From assembly GCA_900088475.1 (NCBI GenBank), contig FLMG01000265.1, positions 248,001-312,000 of the forward strand: a DNA stretch of 64,000 nt, in the 5' to 3' direction. The position numbers and the translations under genes were made by a program. Positions 1-10,429 of this stretch are shown piece by piece; within the stretch, counting starts at the first letter, position 1; every line of letters begins with the position of its first letter. The DNA comes from Hyphochytrium catenoides (taxonomy: Eukaryota > Protista > Hyphochytriomycota). The notes under the pieces were generated by a model. The model ran no database searches and had not been told where the DNA came from. It was given only the letters and a program-made list of their open reading frames with translations.

Positions 1-1021
1 GCGCCTTCGGCTCTGCAACTTCATCCTGAGCTTGGACCTTTGCAATGGCTGCCGCTTTGGTCTCTGCTGTTACCTTGATTCCTGTCGGTGTGTTCAGCTT
101 CTGAAAGTATCCATCTACTTGCTTCTGGTTGGTAAGAGACGCAAGCTCTGCATGATAGGGTTTATGGGGTCGCTGATAGAAGTCATTGAACCCAGGAAGG
201 TTGGTTCTTGGAGTCCTGTACGAGGGGTAGGGTTCATAGTAGGGTGAGGCTACCGGTGGATGAGGAGCTGGGGTGTGCGTCTCCGGGTACAACTGGGGAG
301 AGACCAACGAAGACGGGTAGTGTGATGTGTGGCTATTATACTGCTTCTCCTGAGAGTTGTAGGACTGTTGCCCTTGCAGGACATAGTTGTTACTCTGATA
401 CTTCATTGCCGCCTCCTCGTAGTATGTCGGCGCTCCTGAAGCCTCCTTGTTGCTATATATGAACATTAGTCCGTCCATGTTTGGGCCAAGCACTGTCGAC
501 CTCCGTGCCGTAGTCCTTCGTTGATAGTGGTGATAGTGTCTTACACTACGTCGATACCTAAAGGCTGTAGACTCTCTAGGTCTTTGGGGAGGATAGAGAC
601 TAGCCCGAGGCACAATGACTGATAATCGGCCATCCGGAAGCTCCTGGACAGCGATAGACTGCCGTCTCCCTTCTTCTGCCGTATTTCCACCTGCCACGTG
701 TTCTTCCTCTTCATTGTCTTCTTCATCCCCTTCCAATGTCTCACAGATGTATCTGCCTACAAAGAGCATGATGGCTACACCACCGACAAAACCTATCACC
801 ATCGCGATAGTTCCATTTATACTCATGTCCTTCTCTAGAATAGGCACCATCTCCCCTGCAATAGCAGCAAGGACGATACCAGCTGCAAAGTGTTGCACCG
901 AGGACGTGATTCTTGGGCCTGGCTCATTCTTCAGGCACTGGAAGAGCAGCCCGCCTAGAATCATAGACGTCGTGGGGAACGCAGCCAACATGGCCGCGGT
1001 TGAGATGTCTCCCCCTCTCAT
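1..1021 (-). CDS. ZIP-family (ZupT/GufA-like) divalent metal transporter, N-terminal part; runs off the window edge
   Basis: Not in the ORF track because there is no stop inside the window. Manual translation from ATG 1021 is open to base 1: MRGGDISTAAMLAAFPTTSMILGGLLF...RITSSVQHFAAGIVLAAIAGEMVPIL...IAMVIGFVGGVAIMLFVG. This gives three TM helices with the ZIP TM2 motif (HFAAG...E.VP), followed by a long hydrophilic loop. Confidence 0.8.
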   Translation of the reverse strand, partial: MRGGDISTAAMLAAFPTTSMILGGLLFQCLKNEPGPRITSSVQHFAAGIVLAAIAGEMVPILEKDMSINGTIAMVIGFVGGVAIMLFVGRYICETLEGDEEDNEEEEHVAGGNTAEEGRRQSIAVQELPDGRLSVIVPRASLYPPQRPRESTAFRYRRSVRHYHHYQRRTTARRSTVLGPNMDGLMFIYSNKEASGAPTYYEEAAMKYQSNNYVLQGQQSYNSQEKQYNSHTSHYPSSLVSPQLYPETHTPAPHPPVASPYYEPYPSYRTPRTNLPGFNDFYQRPHKPYHAELASLTNQKQVDGYFQKLNTPTGIKVTAETKAAAIAKVQAQDEVAEPKA

Positions 1022-1298
1022 AGCTGTGGTTGTGCTAATTGAGGGGACAACGCTGTCCCTTAAACTCTGGGAGAAAAGGGAGAGAAAACGCCGCTAGCGG
1101 CGCGGCGATCGGGGATCCAATGCTGTCGCGAAGAAGTTGCGTCTGCTGGTGAGAGAGTTATTGACTGATTGTCCCTCTTCCATGTCTAGTCGATGCTATG
1201 CAAAGTCCTGAACAAAAAGTAGAACTACTTCCTTGCAGCTTGAGAAAGTACCAGGAATGATGGCACAACCATCACGTCAACCCAAGGGACCGGTCTAG

Positions 1299-1301
<3 letters not shown>

Positions 1302-1369
<68 letters not shown>

Positions 1370-1505
1370 CCGGCCCACGAGTGTCCTGCAGTGTGAGTGA
1401 GTGAGAGAGAGAGAGACCTGCAGTGTGAGTGAGTGAGAGTGAGAGAGAGAGAGACTGCAGGACACTCGTGGGCGGGGGAAGAGAGAGAGAGAGAGAGAGA
1501 GAGAG
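1302..1505. repeat. Fold-back inverted repeat with (CT)n left and (AG)n right microsatellite arms
   Basis: (CT)n-ttccccggcccacgagtgtcctgcagt ends at 1392. Its reverse complement actgcaggacactcgtgggcgggggaa-(GA)n starts at 1454, with one mismatch. The spacer holds a direct repeat of cctgcagtgtgagtgagtgagag. Confidence 0.9.
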
Positions 1506-2262
1506 GTGTTAGGTCACCAGAAAGCTGGGAGCGGAGGAGCTTCTGAAGAGTTCAGATGCTGAAGGAGGCCAAGAGACAGACAGAAAGCACCAAAAATTCA
1601 TCATCAACCTCTCGCCTACCAACGTTCTCTCTCTACTTTTAAGCACCCATATATATATTCAAATCTTCACTAACATTGTCCACCTCTATCGTTCTCTCTG
1701 TCTGCCCATCTCTCCCCCTCTGTCTCGTTAGATCTTCTGCTTGCTGTTGTGTGTTCCGCTTACCCCTTCGTCCTCCTGCTTCCTCCCTCCTCTTCATGAT
1801 GATACATTTCTACTCCAACAACCGCTTCTTGTAAAAGGTTCGTCTCTCGAGCCCTGTCCCTCAACTAATACGCTAGGCAGATGACGCTCTGTCTTGTGGA
1901 CCTTCCTACCCTTTAAGGGATAAAAGTGTTGGGCTCACAAAGTCATGATGGTGAGAACTTCTGGTTGAGGTTGGCCTAATATTAGCTATGGGAAAATAGA
2001 CCTTGGATGGTCTTTTCAAAGTGCACAAGTTCTGTCATCCTATTGGTCATTCAGACGAAAGGGACAATCTGATTGGGTATAAGATTTGATTTAGGTGTCT
2101 GGGTTTAGGCTTCCTTGAGGATACAGCGTAAGGTAAAACCTATAGACAAATAGCCGTGACGTTCAATCGCTTTTTACTTTCAGAAAGTCCGAAGAGACAC
2201 ATTATTGACAGGAAGGCGACAACAGAGAGAGGAAGGCGAAGAGAAAAAGACTCTGACTCAGC

Positions 2263-2266
<4 letters not shown>

Positions 2267-2307
<41 letters not shown>
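2267..2307. repeat. (AG)n microsatellite
   Basis: Perfect dinucleotide run visible in the sequence. Confidence 0.9.
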
Positions 2308-2312
<5 letters not shown>

Positions 2313-3489
2313 CGAGCGAGGAATAGGAGAACGGAGATGGAGGAGAGAGAGGAAGGCCAGCACACAGCACTCGGCATGCCAAGCTCCGTTGGCTGTATCG
2401 CTGTATGGAATTGGCGTACCAATCCTTTCTCTCTATCATCGGCGCGCTCTCTACAGGTCTACAGGCACTCTTAATCCCTTCTTGTGACGACCTGGGCTCA
2501 CATCTGTTCGTGTGGCAGAGGGCACCATCTCCCACCTCTGCGTGCTGCGTCGGACCTCACACCATCCGCATGCACTCCACGCTTGTGGCCTCATCGGCAG
2601 AGACTGGGAACAGGGGAGTTAAAAGTTAATAGGCAACAGACATGCCGCGGGATCGTCACCGCAGAGTCATGATCGTCCGGCGGTAGAGAGCTTCGTTGTA
2701 AGGCATAGTAACACTGGTTTCTCTCCCTCTTCGTGGGCTATTCTCCTCTACCTCCATCAGAAGGTCCGTCCTAGAGTGCTCTTCTTATTATCGTCGTTCC
2801 TGGCTCTGGGTATCAGCTGCTGTCATTATCTCCCTCGATGCGGAAGCCAGATGCCCTTCGAACTACATTCTCCTTGGCCTTTCCGCATCACATTGAACTT
2901 CATACTTCCCTGGTTGCTACTCTTCGGGGAGCCAGATGTCAGCAGACATGCCCATCCACCTCCATCCCCAAGTTTAGACCTGTGCATGAGTCGTTCTGGT
3001 ATGGACCGAGCAACTCGAAATACAGGGTAGAGCCTGGTACGGACGGGTTGCTATCATCAGAACAGCTACGCTAACGGGCTTTCTGTCTTTGATTCTCTTG
3101 AGTCCTTCTTTGCAGATACTCCTGACAGAGCTCTGCCAAGATCGCCTCTCATCAAAGTGAGCGAGCGGTAAGGCCAGATGGTCGATTTGGGAAAGTTCAC
3201 AAGGGTCTACTTCTTCGAACTATCTGGGAGAAGTTCCATGCCTCCGTCACACTCTATATTTGGTTCTTTCTACAGCGCCACCTCTAAGTGCCCCTGCTTA
3301 TATCTGAGAAGGGAGAGGATCATCCGAGAAGAGCGTAGCAAGGAAAAGGGATGATCCTCCTCCACGTCGGTAAGTGTGAAGAATTGAGGAATGAAGTGGG
3401 CGAGAAAGCAGAGTGTTAAAATACGATATAAGTGTATACATAGATTTTGGCGAGAATGGAAAAAAGTGGAGTGCCCTGGACTTGTACAG

Positions 3490-6400
3490 CTAGTCCACGG
3501 TCTTCCGATGTCTTGGCTTCGCAAGTTGCAAAAGAAGCTCTCTCCATTCTCTATCAAGCGATGTAATGCTGACATAGAATCCTCTTCCTGAACCTCCTGT
3601 CGCTCCGACTTCATGCTTGATGACTTTAACATAAAGGTCCACCTCCACATACCCGTCAGGTCCTCTTGTGCAGAATGAAGGCATGGGGTCCGGCAGCTGA
3701 ACAGAGGAGATCTTCAAGTTCGTCAGAATGGTGGGCGGATCTCCAGGATAACGCAGAAAAAGGCTCATCTTGGAAACCTTTGCTATCTCTGCGAACTCGG
3801 AGATACGGCCAACGATTTTATCGGTGATGTGGAAATACTTGATGGCAAGAGGAGGATTGACATCTCGTAGAGGATCTGCTTGCTTCATGAAGGACTGACG
3901 GTATCGTCCTCCCACTCCAGTCACGTTATACAGCCGTAGCGTGCCAATTCCATGCTCGTCAAGGCAAACTTCAGATGCACTCTCTACCTCAGCTACTTTC
4001 GCCTCCCGATAAGTTGAGTGAGAGATCAAGATCTGATTACCCGTGGTGTAAGACTCAATCTTGGCCGCAATGCTCACAGTATTGCCTACCACACCATATT
4101 TTGCTCTCTTCAGACTGCCGATGTTTCCAGCGATGGCATTGCCCGTGTGGATTCCTATGCCCATTTCAATCTCTGAAAGGCCATCAAGCTGGTTGAGCCT
4201 GTTAACTTCCGGCATTGCTGCTTGCATTGCAACTGCACAGGCCACCGCTCTTTGAGCATCATCAAATTTGCTGATAGGGGCTCCAAAAATGACTTGCATC
4301 CCATCTCCGATGATCTCATCCACCACCCCACCGTGAGCATGAATGATCTCAAGCATTCGCTCCAAGTAGCGGTTCAGAAAGCTGACCACCTGTTCAGGCC
4401 GTAAACGGCTGCTCAGAGCAGTGAAACCTCTAAGGTCTGACATGAGAATGGTGACTCTCCTCCTCTCTCCGCCGAGCTTCAGACCTTCAGGAGAGTCGAG
4501 AAGCTTTTCGACCACGTCATCTGTTACATAGCGGCCAAAGGCCTCTCTCATGAACTTGTGTCGTTCCTCGAGAGACTTGATTTTCGTCATGTCACGGATA
4601 ATAACGACCACTTCACCACCTTCATTGTCGTTCATCAAAGCGCCAGAAAAAAGCACCGGCACCGTCTTGCCCGAACAGTGCTGGATAGAGGTTTCTAGAC
4701 CGATCAGGCCCCTTCTATGACGGGCCTCTAGCTCCTTGAGGTCCGGGAAGAGCATGTTGATTGATTTCATCCGAAGCTCCTCTTCGGTGTAGCCAAACAG
4801 CTCACAAGCGGCGGAGTTGACCATCTTGACCTCTGCATCCTCCAGCGAAAGACGCTTGACGAAGGAAGAGCGATTGAGGTCCAGCCCACTGCCAGATTTC
4901 TTTTTCCCTCCATGGCCCAGTAGAAGGCCATCCTGTGTGATCTGTTCTATTTTAAAGACAAGTAGGGCCTCGGACATGCTCTGTAGGATGTTGTTTACAT
5001 AGCTTCGAGACACCGTCGTTGTCATCAGTGCCTTTGCCATATCATTGGCAGCCTCCGATACCTTCTCCATCTCGTCCTTCGTTTTCACACGGATCTGATA
5101 CGAGAAATCACCGTTGCCAAAGTGGTCCATGCCTCTCTGGATAACGATGAGAGGATAAAGTAGGAGATTCGAAAGGGCGACGGTGCACGCGGTGATGAAG
5201 ACCAGACACGCCACACAGACATAAGCAATATTTCTCCGCATGTCATTGAGGTCACCTAGCGCTTCGTTCCTGTCGATTTTGCATACCAGAGTCCAGGGTT
5301 GAACGTCCAGGATGCCGCCGGAGTCCCGCAAGTCGATATCGGTCAATTTCACCTCGACGCTGACGCCGCGGTAGTCTACCAGAGGAGAGTTATCCTCTGC
5401 TGGAGTCCAACTTTTTTGATAGAGAACCGAGGTATTATACGTTCTCATGCGCAGGACGTCCTCTGAGCTAGAGCCGTACTCGGCACTGAGACGAAAGAAC
5501 TCCTCCTTCTCCTCGTTTGAAGCATTTGGGAAGAAGAGGGATTCTGTTCTAAGCCTGCCGTCATTTTTACCTTGAATGTAAGCATCAAAGGTCTTCCACT
5601 CCACAAAGTTCACACCCTGTGGCCCCTCCTGCTTAGACATGAACTGGTTCAACCCCTGCGCAGATATGGAGACCACAACTAGTGCTTGCTGCTTGTCAGG
5701 CTGGTAGGAGAAGTATGCCTCGGACCTCATTTCTGCAGGAAAGTACAGCCAGAAGTCGGAACGGGAGACGTCGCCCTTCGCTTGAGCATTCGCTATAGTA
5801 GCGAGAGGAGACGCTCCGTCACCCTGTATGTCCGGATACCAAGGGCGAGCGTAAGGCCCTGACCTGACATCTGCAAAAAGATCCACTCTAGAAGGAAGCG
5901 AGTAGATGATCGTTCCATCTAAAATAATCATCAACGTGGCGAACATTTTCCTCTCTAAGAAGCTTTTGAAGGTGGGATCATGAAGCGCTTTCAGACGCGA
6001 GTATTGCGCTACACCTTGCTCCAATGCAGCATTCAGAGACTGATTGAAGACAAGCTTCTGTTGAAGAGCTTGAGCCCACCAGTCCTTTGGAACAAGATCA
6101 GAGGCAGAAGAGCCGAGACGCTGAAGCTCATTCCTTTCCATTTCTGGTCTGCCTTGAACGTACTGCTCGTAGAGAGTCTTGACATCTCCGCGTAATTGTG
6201 CCTTGACCGTTGAACTAGGTCCGGTGGTCCCATTCTTCATCACTTCGATTGCCTGTATAAAGTCTGAGATGGCTGCCGTGACGTTCTGAGTGTTAGAGAA
6301 GAGTTGCAGCTCCCGCTCTATATCCTCTAGGTACGCTTTGATCTGTATAGTTTTACGAGAAAAGAGGAGAATGCAGTAAGCCCGGCAGTCACGGCAGACA

Positions 6401-7331
6401 GAGATTGGAAAGTCAACGCTCAGCCGCCCACAAGGGAAAATTGTAATCTCAAGGGCAAGGATGGGAGGGAAGAACTAGGCAGATGTGACCTAGGCCCTCG
6501 AAGATGAAAGCTTAGGAAGGATACGAAGCCGTGAATGACACCTGAGGCTCAGCTCAACTGATTCATTGGGAGACTCTGAGAAGGAGATTCTAAGACGAAA
6601 TAGGTAGGGAAGGAGAACGGAAACGGGAACCGGTAGTGGACTAGGCACATCATAATCAATCTCATAGCAGAACCATAGACTGACGGAGCAATGACTAACC
6701 AGATTTACTCTGCCATTTGAGATCAGCATCAAAGAGTTCTTGGTCTGGCTCTGAAAGCGATTGGCTGCAATGGTAAAGCTGAGCGTGGCCGTAGTAATGA
6801 TGGCAGCCAGTCCAATGATGACCATGGTCACGACTAGCTTTGGCCGGACGCCGCAGATGAGGAATCTCCGCTTCTGCTGAGCACAAGAGGGATGATAAAG
6901 TATCAAGAAGGAGAAAGAACGGATATAGGACAGATGGGCTGGCTTGACAGGTAAGGACTCAAAACAACGCGGAGACACAAGCCCAGGAGGCTGAAAAAAA
7001 GGGCGATAAAAGCTGAAGAGAGTCATAGTATAAAGGCACAAAAGTCAGGCTTGCGCACAATAATAAAATAAAAGGCAGGTCACTCCGGCCACTGACAAAC
7101 CTCCATTGGCCGTCCGCCAATCTGGCTGTCCTCTGAGCCTGATGGGGACTTGAACTGCGCTATGTCTCTACTTTGGATGGGAACGAGGACCCGCTCCAAA
7201 AACGCAGAGCTCCGGAAGAGGTCCTCATCCCCTAGTCCCCCTACCTCGGAGTCCCCGGAGAGAGATGACGTTCGCATCTGCGTCGGTGAGCGCTCAAACT
7301 TGGAGGGAGGCCCTCCTCTCTTCCTGATCAT
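3490..7331 (-). CDS. Class III receptor nucleotidyl cyclase (TM-Cache-like sensor-TM-HAMP-PAS-cyclase), Cya2-like putative guanylyl cyclase
   Basis: Exons about 7331-7101, 6876-6700 (TM1) and 6341-3490, joined in frame by GT-AG introns. HAMP: LYPLIVIQRGMDHFGNGDFSYQIRVKTKDEMEKVSEAANDM. PAS: VNSAACELFGYTEEEL. Cyclase motifs: ILMSDLRGFT, DEIIGDG, MGIGIHTG, GNIGS..RAKYGVVG. The true start codon is uncertain and may lie further upstream. Confidence 0.9.
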
Positions 7332-8529
7332 TGAGCTCTCTATCCACTTGCGAGCCTGGCTACTATCTCGTCCCTCTCCCCCAATATTAGAAGTAGCAGG
7401 ACCGGAAGAGATTGTCCCTACATGCTTGTACTCTTCGTTTAGCTCGTGTAGGGGACGCCACAGCAACGCCGTGAGCTTCCCTGTCTCTCACTACTTACGG
7501 CTGTCCTCCACACGTTAGAGCGTTATCCCTACTTCTTCCATGCTCAACAAAGCTCTCAACACCGTGTCCATCAGCTCTTACTTTTGTCAGTTGTACAGTC
7601 AGTCTCTACTAGCGTCCTCCGCGGTACACTTGCCAAGCTCTACCACTCATCAAGCGTTGACAACATGCATCTGCTATCATGTTCAGAAGCAGGAGTGGGG
7701 AGGCAAGCATGAGTGACACTTATTAGATTGGTCTTTGGAAGCGAAGCGGACGGGAACCGAGGGGAACAGGGGAGGGAGAGAGAAGAAGAAAAGAGAAAGA
7801 AGAAGAGATGATGCCGCCCTTTTTGGTAGCTGCGCAAGGCCACAGCAGGTCCTCCTGCATTGACGTCCAACCCTTATTACTACTACGAGACATCAGAAGG
7901 TTATAGCCTGGATGGGGATAGTCCAAGGATGTATTATTACTATACAAGACGGACCCAACAGGCTGGTAGCTGAGCATCCGCCCTCAATGAAGGAGTTGAT
8001 GTTTTTGGTTCGCCCGGTGATGACAAGAAATAGCAGGAAAATCGAAAGCATGTCGCTAAGAGCTAGGACAATTCTCTCTCTCTCTCTCTCTCGTCTCACT
8101 GTCTCAGTCATCTACAGAGTGCGACGAGCGGGCAAGGAGGTGCTGCTTTTACTCGGTGGCTTGGCCACAGGAGCCGCTGTAATGCTTGCTCCTTGATAGC
8201 GGAGAGTTAGAGGATCGGGCCCCCTGGCATTACTGACTATAGGAAGACGGACGAGGACCTGGGCTGGAAAGTAAAAGGGCCTGACCTGTCTGAGACTTAT
8301 GAAAGGAAGAGACCTAATGCTGCCGGAGCTGCCGCAAAAGGAGCCAGAACCGCTCGAAGAAAGAAGAGGGAGGTAGGCCCATTTATAGACAGTAAAGTAC
8401 CATGAAGCGACAGCAGGCTCATCGCAAACAAAGGTGCCATAGAGGACAGGTCTCATCTCTCAAAAAGTTAAACACTACCTTCGCCTTATAAATAGAAGAC
8501 TAGATGACAAGCGAGCACACGCACTCTGG

Positions 8530-10429
8530 CTATGGCCTAACTGTTAGTGGTAGATACATGCTGGCGAACGGTGGATGACGGCTTCCTAGCTTTCCCCTTG
8601 CGCACCACCCTGAGTACAGAGTGTAGAGCGCTATCAGACTCGAACCAAAGCCTAGCCCTCGAAGGAAGGCGTCGACAAAAAGACTCCAGCGACTTCCCCT
8701 CCTCTCTGTGGGTCTTCTTCCTATCTCCTGTTCTACAGTCTCCGTTACCTCAACGAAGGCGGAATCTATCTCATAAAGCGGCATGAAGGAGCTGTTGTAT
8801 GCACAGGACGTGTCAGGGTTTCTGAAGCTGGGAGGATGGGGCTTGCTCCCTGGGGCTCGCTCGAACGGAGAAGGCTCGGGGAGGATACTGTCCAAGAAGG
8901 AGAGCGCTCGGGCAGCTACCTCTGGGTTGCGATATTCGTCATTTAACGTGAAGAACTTGAGGCTCCATTTCCCTTCCTCTATTGCCGTGAAGGTCTCATT
9001 GAGGTATGGCAGGTTGTTATCCTTCATAACGAAGAGTGCGAAGCTATTCATCTCCTCCTGAGACGCGATCTGGATGGAGGGTAAGCCGTCTATGAACTGA
9101 CCTTCAGCAACCATGTAGTACATATGCAATAAAGGGACGTTCACATCTGTGCGGGAACGAAAGCGGCTACTCAGCGTTGCGAAGAGCTCTCTCTGCCACT
9201 TCCGGTGTATGATGTGGAAGGCCGTCTTGCTATATATGAAGGGTGCATGCTTGAGAAACCTTCTCTCTTGCATCCCATACGCTGCATCTAACATTTGTTG
9301 GGTACGGAGAACAGAGGAGATCCAGATACCTCCATTCTCTACGGGCTTTTTATGAGAGATCACGTGCTTCTCCTGAAACACTCGAAGCCCTCCTTCGCAA
9401 GAAAAGAGATCATGAGGCGTAATATCATGTCCGAAGATGTAGTCATCGTTGACCTGTATGAAGGTCTCTGAAAGTCCAGGAATGAGATAGAGAAACTGCT
9501 CCAAAACGTTTGTGTTAAACGTGGGGAGAGCGTGTTTGGCATTGTCTGGGAAGAGTGAGTCCTGGTCTACTACCCGGATGCGCTCACTATTGATATCCAG
9601 CCAACTTGGCACCTAAGGTCAAACAACACAAGGTAGAGGTATTCGAGAGTCAGGGGCACAGCTATTGACAATGAAAACGAACGGAAGTGAAAGACGACAG
9701 ATAGTCTGGACAAATAGCATCGGGGGTAGTTGACCTTCAACAGAGCCGAGACAGGAGAAGAGAAGACTGGCACGGGAAGAAAGGCCCTCTCACCTGTCCG
9801 GGTGTGACAATGTAAATAGTCCCAACCAGCCAAGGCGCGTTCTTTATTAGTGACCGGAGTGAGTATTTTAGCTCTCCAATGTCTCGATCCCTTGATCCAC
9901 CGACAGCGGACGGTCCTCCATGTTTTAGTCTGCTCTCTTTGTAGCAAGGATCGCTGCCGTTGACCCAAGTGTACACAATGGACGAGTGACGCAGTTGCTC
10001 AAAGTTCTTAATCACGCACTTGCCGGGCCACTGCTCCTCAAACGTAAGCGCAACGTCATTTCGTAGGACGGGAAGGGTATTCACAGGCGTTGATAAGACT
10101 AGAGCTCCTACGATGAGAACGAAGCCTACGGTACATAAGAAAAGCCCACCCCGTGCTTGAAGAGTTAAGCGGCTTCTAAGCGTCTCTCTCAAACAACGCA
10201 TTCCTCTTCTCAATGGCCAGTAACAGCATATTTCAGCCGTCTTCACGTTCATTAGACACCAGTAAGAAGCTGCAGGCGCTGTGCGGACGCAAAGGCAAGA
10301 TCGTACTACTCTCTGCGCAACAATGCGGTCGGGTGAAGGAGAAGAGCAAGATGCCGTATGAGGTGTGTTCCAGCGGTCTGAGCCTGTCTCCCCCGAAGAG
10401 AAAGGAATTTCTGCCTCTCCTTCTTCCAC
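8530..10429 (-). CDS. Stealth-family hexose-1-phosphate transferase with N- and C-terminal TM helices
   Basis: CR1 IVYTWVNGSDP; CR2 ELKYSLRSL..NAPW...TPGQ|VPSWLD...LPTFN...VNDDYIFG; CR3 KHAPF...RFRS; CR4 FFTLNDE...PSPFE. One phase-0 GT-AG intron at 9793-9613. The start is either ATG 10429 or the later MRCLRE ATG. Confidence 0.9.

Noticed and set aside
615-1097. 160-aa plus-strand ORF
   Set aside because: Antisense shadow of the ZIP coding sequence on the minus strand.
2776-3290. Short ORFs, an intron-like gtacgg...tttgcag segment and a kinase-like GRFGKVHKG peptide
   Set aside because: No splicing option yields a long frame and no other kinase motifs follow.
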